DNA of 64,000 nucleotides, taken from NCBI GenBank assembly GCA_030704615.1, contig CM060731.1:26784001-26848000 (forward strand). The letters run 5' to 3'. Both the position numbers and the translations under genes were made by a program. The DNA comes from Takakia lepidozioides (Eukaryota; Plantae; Bryophyta). Positions 11,415 to 24,829 of this stretch are shown in pieces. The notes beneath the pieces were generated by a model. The model saw nothing but the letters and a program-made list of their open reading frames with translations, did not search any database and was not told the origin of the DNA. The first letter of the stretch is position 1, and every line of letters begins with the position of its first letter.

Positions 11415-14120
11415 ATGGCGGAAAACCCCGAGCGCTACAGTGTACTGCCTCCTCACGAGCATAGAGCTTCATTTCCGTGCATAGGAGACATCTGCCGGGT
11501 GATGGAGAAATATCTGTGCGTTCGTAACCACCTTAAAACCGGGTCGGTTTTTTTGGAGGAGGAAAGGAAGGACTCAAACGGCGTTGTTGTCGAGAGTATT
11601 GTTGTGCTCCACGATGATTTTGGCGATGGCAGGAATGGCGAGTTCCACCATCGGACAGCGTCATATACAGGGCTGTTGGGGACTTCATTTGCCCGCCAAA
11701 TGCACCTTCTATCCTGGCGCCTTCCACGAAACAATCCGCGAATCAGAGAGTGGCTACCTCAAAGAGAGAAGTCCGCAATGAAGTAAATCCAGAGCCGAAC
11801 CCATCTATGAAGACGAGCGAGAACCGGGTTGTTCACAACCTGTCCGACTCAGACGAGGTCATGGAAGTTCCGAGGTCGTCCTGGAGATCAGGCAAGTCCT
11901 CAATGGACGTCAGTGGACGAGGGAGTCATATTCCTAGCACGAGCACCGCAGTTCGATCTATTCTTGAAATTCTGCGAGGGCTTCACATGGAGGGACACCG
12001 CTCGGAGCTAGCCGGGCTGGACTACAGCAAGTTCGCAATTAAATCGGGTACATGCCTTCCCGCAGACGTCGACGGTAATATCTTCTTTGAGTTCCCTCCT
12101 CGGACGGACTACTCGAGGGCGTCCGGAATGTTGACAAATGACAATTGCTATTTGTGAGATGAAAGGAGAGGACACACAATCGGAGATGCTTCTTTGGCAG
12201 GGAATAAACGAACAGGTGGCCAAGGCGGGATTGCCCCTTCCCAATTTCCGTGGTTTCATGGCGGACAACGCACAAACAAATTGGGCTGCCATCCGAAGGG
12301 TGTACGGGCAAGACCCCAATGTTCCCATGGAAGGCAAGGAGAGATCTTGTGGGTTCCATTTTCTACAGAGCCTTTCGCAGTACACAACCAGGCTCGTGGC
12401 GCCAGATTTCAGAGAGGAGCACCGTTCCATGTGTCTTGCATGGAAGCGCGCTCCCACCTTGGATGATGCAGACACACAGTTTGCATGTATACGGGCTTGG
12501 TGGACATCGTCAGGTGCTGTAAGGAAATCAGACGAGGGAGCAATGGTCAGTTGGCTAGCATGGTGGCATTATCGTTTCCTCCAGTTCGGCGACTATATGC
12601 GGGAGGTGAGTTGCACGAATTCGCGTCCCGTTGAATATTATTATTCTTGGCATTTTTTGTAACTTGTTTGTAACCTCAACATGTGCTTGTGCAGGAAATG
12701 TGTCTCGACTCCGACACCGACATGCCCACGACAAACATGGCCGAATCAGTGCATTCTTCCTGGCGTGCCTCCTCTGCGGCGCATCTGGTGGACATCCTCA
12801 CTGCCACAACGGAGGACATTGTGTGATGTCAATTATGCAGCAATGCAGGTACAACGAGTTCTTGAAAGAGAAAACAGTGGGCCTTGGGGCCGGACAGGCA
12901 GGAAATGCTGATGCGGACTGCCTCCAGATCGAAGAATCCTCGGAAGTGGGCGGCGGCCTTGCGAGAGGGCCTTCGGGACACACCATTGCTTCGAAGAGGC
13001 CAACATTTGGAAGGAGATGTTCATACCCGTCCAGTGAGACGAAGACTTGACGAGGCACCTGGCGGGGAAGAGGATTCATGGCAAGCTGACAAGAATATTC
13101 GCACGCTCCCTCGTGGTCCTGTGATGTTGCCCGAGGAGGTCTCGTCGAGCACTGCAAGTCCTGCACGTTCAAGATCGCCATCTCCTTTGAGCACAGGGCA
13201 CGTGCCCGAGGAACATAACGAGCCATCTGTAGTAACGCAGTACAACATACCCATTGTGGAGACAAGAGTGTCGGAGTCACAGTGGAGAATTGCAAGGACA
13301 TTGCCGGCATTTCGAGGGAAGTGCTGCGCCATTCAGGTGGATACGATAGCACGTTGTGGTGAGATGATTCGGAGGAACCCACACGGTGCTGTACCTGCAC
13401 TTTGTTTCAGCGGCAGATTTTTGACTCCCACATTGCTCTCACGCCACAACGCAAACGTTTTGGTTCTGTAGGCACGACATAATGACTTGTGTATTTGGCA
13501 AGCCCAAATACGGGATTCAGGGAATGCCGGAGCCTCCGGGCGTCTGGCCTGTTGCACCGGGTTGCAGCCTCTCTCAGAATGAGGCGGATGCTCTATCTGC
13601 AGCAGGATTTCGAATGGTGCAACGCACAGATGTCCCGGCCACGCATTTCCAGTTCCTCAGACCCAGCCATTGCAGACTGCTCGGTCCAGTAGAGACGGAT
13701 TGGACAATTCTGCACATCCCACAATGCGATTCGGAAAAAGTGAAGAGACACACCCTCCCAACAAGTTGAATGAGACTCGGATTGCCAATGCTCTTGGGAT
13801 GGCTTGCACTATTCAGAGCTCCGTGGACGTACCTCCACCCGGCCTTGGGCGGTGTTTATCGGATGGCAACGGCCGGCTCGGCTGTACGCGACGATGTATA
13901 CACAACACAATTACGATTGGAGTGGAGCCGACTTGCAATTGTACGGACTTCTCGTTTGATTGAAGCAAAGAAGGGTTCAAAGTATTATCCGTGCAAGCAT
14001 CTGTATTACATTTAACCTGAAGAGGTTGAGGGAACGTGACTATTGATGACTTTATTCATGCACCGGCGTTGAGCGTGAAGAGCTGCACAAACTCCTCCTT
14101 AGGGATTCCAGAATCATTGA
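11415..14120 (+). pseudogene. MULE/MuDR-type transposase copy 1 (internally deleted), with C-terminal SWIM zinc finger
   Basis: FRGFMADNAQTNWAAIRRVY...CGFHFLQS (D, CxxH). MPTTNMAESVHS (E) after intron ~12607-12694. PTCNCTDF...PCKHLYYI (SWIM). Lacks ~0.9 kb present in copy 2 (breakpoint ~12137). Confidence 0.85.
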
Positions 14121-14269
14121 TGGGCAAAGGGAATCCTCCATATGGATATTTTCAATTGCATTTTCATGTATTAGATTTTTTTTTGCAGTGTAATGAAATG
14201 CACCCCAAAACTCCTGGAATGAGGCAATATTCCATTCAACTGAGATCCAACAGAAGCAGTTGTGGGGCC

Positions 14270-14670
14270 ATTTCTGGAAAAATGGCGCCGAATTCTCTAT
14301 ATTTTGGGCCAAAAACTGGCTAAGTCCAACATGCACTGGTACCCCTGTGTCTGGAAAAATGGCGCCGAATTTCCCTATTTTGGGCCGAAAACTGGCTAAG
14401 TCCGAACATGCACGGGAACGATGTCTGGAAAAATGCGCCGAATTTCAGTTACATGGCCCAGAACTGCCCAACATCTGTGCAAATCCCCGGCACCATGTAC
14501 CGAAATTCGGTGCCACATTTCCAAATTTTGGGCTTACACACATGTCATGAGGGGACCTATAGCCGCGGAATTCGGCACCATTTTTCGTCAAAGAGACCTA
14601 TTACCGCAAAATACGTCGCGGTTTTTTCCGGTTACGGACCCTATTACCGCGAAATTCGACGCCATTTTTG
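14270..14670. repeat. Subterminal repeats sharing the AAAATGGCGCCGAATTTC and TGGCTAAGTCC motifs
   Basis: ggaaaaatggcgccgaatt...aaaactggctaagtcc twice, plus degenerate copies; mirrored at 18000-18330. Confidence 0.8.
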
Positions 14671-14920
14671 CACATGTCGCTGGGAATTGGCATGAGCGGA
14701 AGACGAAATATCATGAGCACAACTCTCAAAACTACAATTTCCCCTTCAAGGTGCCGAATAATATATTTGTTTTTTCTGACACATTCCATTAAATTAATGT
14801 TTTATAATGTTTTTTATTTTTGAAATTTGTACTTCTGCTCATGAAAAACCGATTGTCTTGCTCCTCCGCTCATGCCGCTCATGCCGCTCATGCTCATGAA
14901 ATAGCTAACCTCGTTCCATC

Positions 14921-16910
14921 TACACAATTGGCAGCTTTGAGGGAGGAACTCAAGCAGGAGTTTGAGGCTAGAATTGCCACTGAGTGTGCAAACAAGGTGG
15001 ATGTGGAAGCCAACCTCAAGTTGCAGAAAGAATTGGAGGACACCAAGGCTGCCCTGCAGCTAGCAAAGGGGAATCTGATTGAAGCGGGTCTGGAGCAGGG
15101 GAAATTGCATGAAGCACATAAGCAGCAGCTATACCAATTGCAGGTGCAGCATGAGGGCAAATTGCAAGAAGTGAAGGTGCTTCATACAGAGTTAGAGACA
15201 GTTCATCAGATAATGACCATACAATGTGCCATACTAACAACTGCTCTGGAACAAACTGCCTTAGAAGTTAACAGACAAGCAGAGAGATGTATGATGGCCA
15301 AGGCTGAGATAGTAGAGAAGGTGAAACTTATTGCTGATCTGAAGGCTACTCTCCGTCGCAATGAGGATACTTTCCAATAGTACAGTCAGGTTGAGGCTGA
15401 GAAGGGAAGGTTCATCCTGCAGTTGTAGCAATCACTCACGGGCCACAAGAATAAACTCTCTGTGGCTAACAAGGTTTGGAAGGAAGCCAATAATCTGCCT
15501 GCTGCCTATGTGGCCCTGGTTGAACCTCATGTAGAGCGCATGGAGGCTTTACAACAGCAGTTAGATGTGTACAGACTCAAGGAGGAGCAGGCTCTCAGAT
15601 GTGCTACACAAGACTTGGTGGATAATCATCTTATGCAAGTATGGTTAACACAAGGGCCGGGGGAAGAGAAGGCACCGCGAAAGCTCACTCAGGGGGAGAT
15701 GAATGATCTCAGATTGCAGGTGCAGAACATTGCCACAACTACTATAGACAATGTCTATAGTAGCATAGCGGAGTTACAGGATGATGTGGAAGGCCTGCAA
15801 ACTCAAGTGGATGACTTGAGTTCCAATATTGACAAAAGAGTCTTTATTCCTGAGGAGCAGCTGGTGGCTACTTATTTGCATGCCAGGACTCTGATTTTCT
15901 AGTCTTCATCACAAGAGGTGCAAAGATTGCCAGCAGTAGGAGGGACAGCGGCGGCAATATCACAACCTCTACAGCAGGTGGCTGTGCAGGTGACTGACGC
16001 TGTTGATACCATGGCGCAGCCACAGTCTGAGGTTTGGGGGGATGCTGCTTTCAACCCACCTAGGACTCCTGCTGCGCGGGAGTACAATCGGGCTATGATT
16101 ATGCCCTTCAACCAAATTCCCATTGTGATGGATTTGGCTTGGAAGGAATTCAGTCCTCCACAGTCTTTGGCACATTATTACCAGATCATGCGCGTTTGGT
16201 TGCCAGTGGCAACTCGGACTAAGGTTCTTCCGAACAATCGACCCATTGAGGATCATCATTTTGCAAGGTACTGGTCTGAGGCAGGCACCATGCTGAAAGA
16301 ATTGCCTTCCAGGTTGTTCATGGGTACATCTACACCAAGACCAAGGAGGTATCTAGTATTGTCATGGGCTATGAATTGTACTATGCTGCTTGTTTCCTTG
16401 CACGTTATCACATTGAGCAGCAGAAGATGCAGTCAAGATTTCTGAGTTATTCCAGTGGAGATCATTGGGTCTTACCTTCAGTTCCACCTCATATGTATCT
16501 ATATGATGCGAAACTCATGATGCAGAAGGATTCCCAGCTTCGTTCATGGTTTAATTTGGCTTGGAACAGCTTGGCCAAAGAAAAATTGGGCCCTGATGAT
16601 ATTTTTTATAAGGGACATGAACCCTGGAAATACTTACACTGTTCCAAAGTCATTGGCACACCTCTCACCTATACGGCCAAGGAGTTCAGGGAACTCACTC
16701 ATTTTGCTTGCAAGCGATTAAAACAAGTAGTCCAGTTCAAGCTTCTAGACATGGTGGGCCAACACTGCATGCCATGCAGGATTCCTGGGGAACCACTTGA
16801 GGTTCGGCCGCCGAAACACCTCAAGGGGGAAGATGATTCTGATACTACTGGTTCTACAGAGGAACCTTTTGACATGGCGGAGGACTATGCACTCCAGATG
16901 GAAGAGAAGA
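14921..16910 (+). pseudogene. Extra 3' ORF of the gypsy element, part 2 (long coiled-coil region)
   Basis: Heptad-rich ORF segments (LREELKQEFEARIATE..., LQDDVEGLQTQVDDL) interrupted by TAG stops; continuous with part 1 and with 45557-45717. Confidence 0.65.
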
Positions 16911-17577
16911 AACTACAACACACCCTATGTAATTTCGACGATTTAGTTTGACGCTGGCGTTGACTGTTGTCACTTTCGACTGTTCCAACCATTTTGCAGT
17001 CAAAATTTACATTAAAATATTCGAAGTGCTAGACAATCGCGAAAATTTTGACTGTAGTGAGAGACTTTGACTATCTAAAGTGAGCTGACTGAGACAACCA
17101 CTTAAACAATGGCACGTGTAATCACAATATATAAATTATATAGCAATATATATATGTGGATAATAAAAAGTAAAAACATTTAACTATTTTTTTACTGACC
17201 TATCACATTAATATTAAACTAATCGTGTGCTGGTTAATGTTAGTGAAACAAAACAACTGAATTATATGAACGAATGATAAACAAAACGCCTTGCTGGCAG
17301 CTATTGGATGAACGTATCAAACATAATTTTTGCGCACTGGATGAACGTATGAATGAATGATAAAGCAACTATTGGATGAATGTGTGAACGCATAGATTGA
17401 TGGAAAACCCAAAATCCAGCTATCTCTGAATACATTCATCCATCAAGAGATGTACCTATCACGTGCGTGAACAAAAGGGGGTTAATTTAATACCCCCACA
17501 TACAAACTATGTATATATTAAGAGGCTGGAAAATTTACAAAAGTATATATACATACTTTTAGGGGGAAATTTCAAAT

Positions 17578-17660
17578 GGGTGTATGTAGCTTACTGGTAA
17601 GGGCTCTCCCTGCCCGCCGTGGCGTCGCGGTTTCAAACTCCTCGCGTTGTTTTTTTTCCC
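17578..17660 (+). other. tRNA-like / Pol III-type segment (degenerate A and B boxes followed by a T-run)
   Basis: TAGCTTACTGGTAAG ... GGTTTCAAACTCC ... T9; no clean cloverleaf. Confidence 0.35.
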
Positions 17661-18479
17661 CTTCATGCACTAAGCCCCACTAAGCCCTATCGCTGCTGTG
17701 CGCACTATGTCCTTGTAAAAAGAACAACCTAACAATCTATCAGCGACACACGGTTATGGGTTTCCCTCCTATCGAGGTTAGCTATTTCATCAGCATGAGC
17801 GGCATGAGCGGAGTAGCAAGACAATCGGTTTTCATGAGCAGAAGTACAAATTTCGAAAATAAAAAACATTAAAAAAATTAATTTAATGCAATGTGTCAGA
17901 AAAAACAAATATATTATTCGGCACCTTGAAGGGAAAATTGTAGTTTTGAGAGTTGTGCTCATGATATTTTGTCTTCCGCTCATGCCAATTCCCAGCGACA
18001 TGTGCAAAAATGGCGTCGAATTTCGCGGTAATAGGGTCCGTAACCGGAAAAAACCGCGATGTATTTAATAGGTCTCTCTGGCGAAAAATAGTGCCGAATT
18101 CCGCGGCTATAGGTCCCCTCATGACAGGTGTGTAAGCCCAAAATTTGGAAATGTGGCGCCGAATTTCAGTACATGGTGCCGGGGATTGCACAGATGTTGG
18201 GCAATTCTGGGCCATGTAACTGGAAATTCGGCGCCATTTTTCCAAACACAGGGGTACCAGTGCATGTTGGGACTTAGCCAGTTTTTGGCCCAAAATAGAG
18301 AAATTCGGCGCCATTTTTCCAGAAATGGCCCCACAACTGCTTCTGTTGGATCTCAGTTTGAATGGAATATTGCCTCATTCCAGGAGTTTTGGGGTGCATT
18401 TCATTACACTGCAAAAAAAAATCTAATACATGAAAATGCAATTGAAAATATCCATATGGAGGATTCCCTTTGCCCCATC

Positions 18480-21400
18480 AATGATTTCTGGAATCCCTAA
18501 GGAGGAGTTTGTGCAGCTTTCACGCTCAACGCCGGTGCATGAATAAAGTCATCAATAGTCACGTTCATCCTCAACCTCTTCAGGTAAATGTAATACATGC
18601 TTGCACGGATAATACTTTGAACCCTTCTTTGCTTCCATCAACGAGAAGTCCGTACAATTGCAAGTCGGCTCCACTCCAATCGTAATTGTGTATACATCGT
18701 CGCGTACAGCCGAGCCGGCCGTTGCCATCCGATAAACACGCCCAAGGCCGGGTGGAGGTACGCCCACGAGCTCTGAATAGTGCAAGCCATCCCAAGAGCA
18801 TTGGCCATCCGAGTCTCATTCAACTTGTTGGGAGGGTGTCGTCTCTTCACTCTTCCGAATCGCATTGTGGGATGTGCAGAATTGTCCAATCCGTCTCTAC
18901 TGGACCGAGCAGTCTGCAATGGCTGGGTCTGAGGAACTGGAAATGCGTGGGCCGGGACGTCTGTGCGTTGTACCATTCGAAATCCTGCTGCAGATAGAGC
19001 ATCCGCCTCATTCTGAGAGAGGCTGCAACCCGGTGCAACAGGCCAGACGCCCGGAGGCTCCGGCATTCCCTGAATCCCGTACTTGGGCTTGCCAAATACA
19101 CAAGTCATTATGTCGTGCCTACAGAACCAAAACGTCTGCGTTGTGGCGTGAGCAAATGTGGGAGTCAAAAATCTGCCGCTGAAACAAGGTGCAGGTACAA
19201 CACCGTGTGGGTTCCTCTGAATCATCTCACCACAGCGTGCTCTCGTATCCACCCGATGGCGCAGCACTTCCCTCGAAATGCCGGCAATGTCCTTGCAATT
19301 CTCCACTGTGACTCCGACACTCTTGTCTCCACAATGGGAATGTTGTACTGCTTTACTACAGATGGCTCGTTATGTTGCCCGGGCACGTGCCCTGTGCTCA
19401 AAGGAGATGGCGATCTTGAACTGCAGGACTTGCGGTGCTCGACGAGACCTCCTCGGGCAACATCACAAGACCACGAGGGAGCGTGCGAATATTCTTGTCA
19501 GCTCGCCATGAATCCTCTTCCCCGCCAGTGCCTCGTCAAGTCTTCGTCTCACTGGACGGGTATGAACATCTCCTTCCAAATGTTGGCCTCTTCGAAGCAA
19601 TGGCGTGTCCCGAAGGCCCTCTCGCAAGGCCGCCGCCCACTTCGAGGATTCTTCGATCTGGAGGCAGTCCGCATCAGCATTTCCTGCCTGTCCGGCCCCA
19701 AGCCCCACTGTTTCCCTTTCAAGAACTCGTTGTACCTGCATTGCTGTATAATTGACATCACAATGTCCTCCGTTGTGGCAGTGAGGATGTCCACCAGATG
19801 CGCCGCAGAGGAGGCACGCCGGAAGAATGCACTGATTCGGCCATGTTTGTCGTGGGCATGTCGGTGTCGGAGTCGAGACACATTTCCTGCACAAGCACAT
19901 GTTGAGGTTACAAGCAAGTTACAAATAATGCCAAGAATAATATTCAACGGACGCGAATTCGTGCAACTCACCTCCCCGCATATAGTCGCCGAACTGGAGG
20001 AAACAATAATGCCACCATGCTAGCCAACTGACCATTGCTCCCTCGTCTGATTTCCTTACAGCACCTGACGATATCCACCAAGCCCGTATACATGCAAACT
20101 GTGTGTCTGCATCATCCAAGGTGGGAGCGCGCTTCCACGCAAGACACATGGAACGGTGCTCCTCTCTGAAATCTGGCGCCACGAGCCTGGTTGTGTACTG
20201 CGAAAGGCTCTGTAGAAAATGGAACCCACAAGATCTCTCCTTGCCTTCCATGGGAACATTGGGGTCTTGCCCGTACACCCTTCGGATGGCAGCCCAATTT
20301 GCTTGTGCGTTGTCCCGCCATGAAACCACGGAAATTGGGAGGGGGCCATTGCCATGGGGGCGTGCAGGTTACTTCCTTTGGCCTGGGTGTCAAGGGCATC
20401 TCCATGTTTGGCATGTGTGTCCTCCTTCTCGCACATTCAAATAGCCAAGAAGCAAATCTCACAAATAACAATTGTCATTAGCATCCTGCAGTGGGTGTCG
20501 TAGACATGTGCACCCATTGTCACCCACTGGTGATTTGTAATTCGCTTGATATGGTCGAACATGACCCAACTGTTTGACAAGTCCCCACTCGTCATCCTGT
20601 CGACCAGTTGGACGCCGCTGCCAGGTCCACACGTGGACATTTTGAATACGAAACAACGATCTGCCTCAGTCCCTTGTCCTGGAAACCTACTTCCATGAAT
20701 GTAGTCATATCCACATCGTCGCTTCACCTCCAGAATGGAGTGCATATCCGAGCCACGCCCAATTTTCTGTTTGCATGAGACAATGTGGTTTCGGACATTC
20801 GGTGAACAGACGTGGGACACCGACTCCAGCAATGCCTCCATTTCCTTGTCATCGAGAGGAACTCTATCGAAGCCGTCTTCCGACATAATTCTGGCCAATG
20901 CCATCTTATGGGCGGCTTGGAGCTGTATCTGTTTGGGTTTGGCACCCGGTCTCAACTTAACCTCCTCCTGAACGAGCTGCTCTGCCTCGTGGGCAGCCTC
21001 CCGCGAGTTCCCCCTCGCCAATTTGTGACAATGGGAACCAACGTGTATGCAAGCTCGGGTGAGGTCAGGGAAACGGTGCAACACATAGAACTGCTTGGCA
21101 TTACAAACAGACATGCAGTGTGGTGGTTCTTTGCAATGCGCACACTTAAATGTGGAGTTTGGAACCTTCTCCTGAGCTCGAAATGGTTGATGAGCTGTGC
21201 CTGTCCAATCGGTCTCGTTCCTGTGACCTCTGGATTTAAAATGGAAGCAAGTTGGGGAAAAACACCGCAACGCGCCCGCACAAACAACGTAGCGCACCCG
21301 CACACCATCGAGCATCTTCATGCTGGTGGTTTTGGTGACGCACCAAGGATGACCGTCATGTTTTCTATCCATATCTGTCAACATTCCGGACGCCCTCGAG

Positions 21401-22093
21401 TAGTCTGTCCGAGGAGGGAACTCAAAGAAGATATTACCGCGACGTCTTGGGGAAGGCATGTAACCGATTTAATTGCGAACTTGCTGTAGTCCAGCCCGGC
21501 CAGCTCCGAGCGGTGTCCATCCATGTGAAGCCCTCGCAGAATTTCAAGAATGGATCGAACTGCGGTGCTCGTTCTGGGAATATGACTCCCTCATCCACTG
21601 ACGTCCATTGAGGACTTGCTTGATCTCCAGGACGATCTCGGAACTTCCATGACCTCGTCAGAGTCGGACAGGTTGTGAACAACCCGGTTCTCGCTCGTCT
21701 TCATTGATGGGTTGGGCTCTGGATTTACTTCGTTGCGGACTTCTCTCTTTGAGGTACCCACTCTCTGATTCGGATTGTTTCGTGGAAGGCGCCAGGATAG
21801 AAGGTGCATTTGGCGGGCAAATGAAGTCCCCAACAGCCCTGTATATGACGCTGTCCGATGGTGGAACTCGCCATTCCCTGCCATCGCCGAAATCATCGTG
21901 GAGCACAACAATACTCTCGACAACAACGCCGTTTGAGTCCTTCTTTTCTTCCTCCAAAAAAACCGACCCCGGTTTCAGGTGGTATCGAACGCACAGATAT
22001 TTCTCCATCACACGGCAGATGTCCCCTCTGCACGGAAATGAAGCTCTATGCTCGTGAGGAGGGCAGTACACTGTAGCTCGGGTTTTCCGCCAT
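18480..22093 (-). pseudogene. MULE transposase copy 2: GCM/WRKY-like zinc DNA-binding domain, DDE core, SWIM finger; frameshifted
   Basis: DGHPWCVTKTTS...CAGALRCFSPTC...CAHC...C...HVGSHCH (GCM-like); WVMFDHIKRI (D1); DNAQANW (D2); CGFH; TTNMAESVH (E); CNCTDF...CKH (SWIM). Confidence 0.85.
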
Positions 22094-22329
22094 GGGAGAT
22101 GTGCACACAAGACTGCAGGATGGCGTTTGGGGCAAGCTCCCTGGTAGAAGGGGATGCACGATGGGAAGGAATGCGGCCGATTTGTCCGAGCGACGAAGCC
22201 TGATCCAAATCCAGGGAGCCAACTATCTCAAAAATCCACAGTCAGAGTGTTAATGAACCTTGTCTCCGAATGCGGCCCCTGTTCTTTGCAATAACTGCCA
22301 ACGGTATGCAGTCAGAAAGTGGGGGGGCC

Positions 22330-23810
22330 GCCCGGATGATGTCGGCTGAAGGGGAGAAGCCGGCACCGGGCCGTCACATTACAACCCCCGGATGGAAATT
22401 CGGCACCGAATATCCAACAGGGGCCAAAAAGGGCCGACCCTCCCCGGATGGAAAAACTGCGCCGAATTTACATCCGGGCCGTTCGGATGCAGTCGGCTCG
22501 GGGGAAGGCTGGCACATGGCCGTCACATTTCAACCCCCGGACGGGAATTCGGCACCGAATATCCAACAGGGGCCGCCCGGATGAAGTCGCCTCGGGCGGA
22601 GAGGCCGACACCTGTCCGACAGAAACATCCCCCGGATGGAAATTTGGCGCCGAATTTCCATCCGGGCCCCCCCAAAGGAAGTCATGTCGGGGGGTCAGGC
22701 CGAAACTGGCCGACATAAAACTCCCCGGATGGAAAAACGGCGCCGAATTTATATCCGGGGCCGTTTGGATGCAGTCGGCTCGGGAGGGAGGCCGGCACCT
22801 GGCCGGTTCGGCGGCCGTCACATTACAACCCCCGGACGGAAATTCGGCACCGAATATCCAACAGGGGGCGCCGGATAAAGTCGCTCGGGTGGAGAGGCCG
22901 GCACCTGTCCGACAGAGAACATCCCCGGATGGAAATTCGGCGCCGAATTTCCATCCGGGCCCCCCCAAAGGAAGTCGTGTCGGGGGGTCAGGCCGAATTC
23001 TGGCCGACATAAAAACCTCCCCGGATGGAAAAACGGCGCCAAATTTACATCCGGGGCCGTTCGGATGCAGTCGGCTCGGGAGGCGAGGCCGGCACCTGGC
23101 CGTCACATTACAACCCCCGGACGGAAATTCAGCACCGAATATCCAACAGGGGGCGCCGGAATAAAGTTGACTCAGGCGGAGGGGATGGAAAACCGGCGCT
23201 GAATTTCCATTCGGCATGTAATCGCAATCGCGGCCAGATGGAATTTCGGCAACGAATTTCCATGTAGGAACTAAGAGGGATGGAAAAGAAACAAGGAATT
23301 TCTCTCTACCAGTCGAGAATTCCTGAAAAACGTGTCTAAAAGTGGACTTCAGCACCAAACTTAAGGTTTAGTGTATTTTTAGACAAAAAAACCAAGCGGC
23401 CATGCCCAGAATTACCTGCAGGATGGTAATTTGGCGCTTCGACTTACCTGGCGGATGGAAATTCGGCGCCGAATTTCCATCCGGCCGCGCTTCGAATTAC
23501 CTACTTCATGGAAATTCGGCGCCGGATTTCCATCCATCCGCTCTCCGAATTACCTGCATGACGGAAAAACGGCACTCCGACTTACCTGGCGGACGGAAAT
23601 TCGGCGCCGGATTTACATCCATCCGCGCTCCGAGTTACTTGCAGGATGGAACGGCGCTGGATTTCGATTACCTGCATGACGGAAATTCGGCGCTCCGATT
23701 ACCTGATGGAAATTGGCGCCGGATTTCTATCCTCCGCTCTTCGAATTACCTGCATGACGGAAATTCGGCGCTCCGACATACCTGGCGGATGGGAATTCGG
23801 CGCCGAGGGC
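22330..23810. repeat. Intergenic palindromic tandem repeats (copy 2)
   Basis: Many GGATGGAAATTCGGCGCCGAATTTCCATCC-type palindromes; ccgtcacattacaacccccgg unit recurs at ~22371, 22520, 22815, 23100. Confidence 0.9.
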
Positions 23811-24829
23811 TTCGTTGCGTCATACTTCATTTGACATTTAATTGCGTAGTTGGGCATTAAATGTCCTCCGCCGTCGGTTTTGATTCGTGATGGCGACACA
23901 GGGATTCCATGCTTGCTTCCTCGATACGTCTTGGAAACCTGATGCTAAACTTGGATGAAGTTCTATTCAAGGCATGTACGCAAAAATACTGAGATCTTTT
24001 TTCTTTTGCTGGGACTTATGCCGCGTGAAGGGCGTGGCTCTCCTGAGAGAGACCCCACATCCAGACGCGGCGGAAGTTGAAGGCTTTGTACTACGGCGAC
24101 GGCCAACCTCTCGCATGGCCAAACTTAAGCTCCAGCAGGAGATTCCAGTGTCTTGCTCACAACCCGCGCCAACTGAAGCCGAGTACTCCCAGGCAAGCCA
24201 CTTCCGCTTTCCCTTTGTTGTTTACTTTGTTTTTTGGTTTGTTTTCGCATCTTCAGCCTGGCATCGCTGGAAGCGTATGGTTGCATCGCAAAAGTAGGAG
24301 CTGTTGAGAACAATGATCAAGGTCAGAGTGGTTAAAAATTAAGGAAATCCATGCTGAGCTGAGAAGATTGTCTGAGCAGATGAAGTGCCTTCAAAACATT
24401 TCACCCTGTTTTCCCGTCTTATGGAATTCGTGTTCATTTGTTCATCGTGTTTCATGTTACCGGTTGAGTGAACCTTAGATAGTTTGCAATGCGTGTGCAA
24501 AGCCGGCAGCTCTTGAGAAGGCTGCTTGTGCATGTCATTCTTAGGCATTGGTTGGATTTGTTTTCATTGTTGTTCCACGATTGTTGCGATGGTTGCGCTG
24601 CTCGTTGCGATGGTGGTTTTCATTCCGATGTTGGTTCTCACGATTTTGGGAATGACAGAGTGACGACGAGCCCGGCACGCTGGTGGTATCATCGACAACT
24701 CCAACTCATCGCATGTTTGGATCGCCCAACTTGGGGCGGGAGGGCAAACTAAAACCTTTTGTTGGTGGACGGGAGGACCTGCAGCGAGAGTACGACAGAA
24801 TAGGCATTGGGGAGGTTGGTGCAGGCGGC

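Larger units (their letters stand above)
3051..14912 (+). mobile_element. Mutator-like DNA transposon (MULE), copy 1, 11.9 kb, with ParB-like/methyltransferase-like cargo gene
   Basis: Termini GGGGGCTGCTATTTCATGAGC / (rc) GAGGTTAGCTATTTCATGAGC. 8-bp TSD GTTCCATC at 3043-3050 and 14913-14920. Host ORF restored on removal. MULE transposase inside. Confidence 0.92.

Noticed and set aside
19115-21489. Long plus-strand ORFs (19115-20023, 20812-21489)
   Set aside because: Antisense shadows of the transposase coding sequence.
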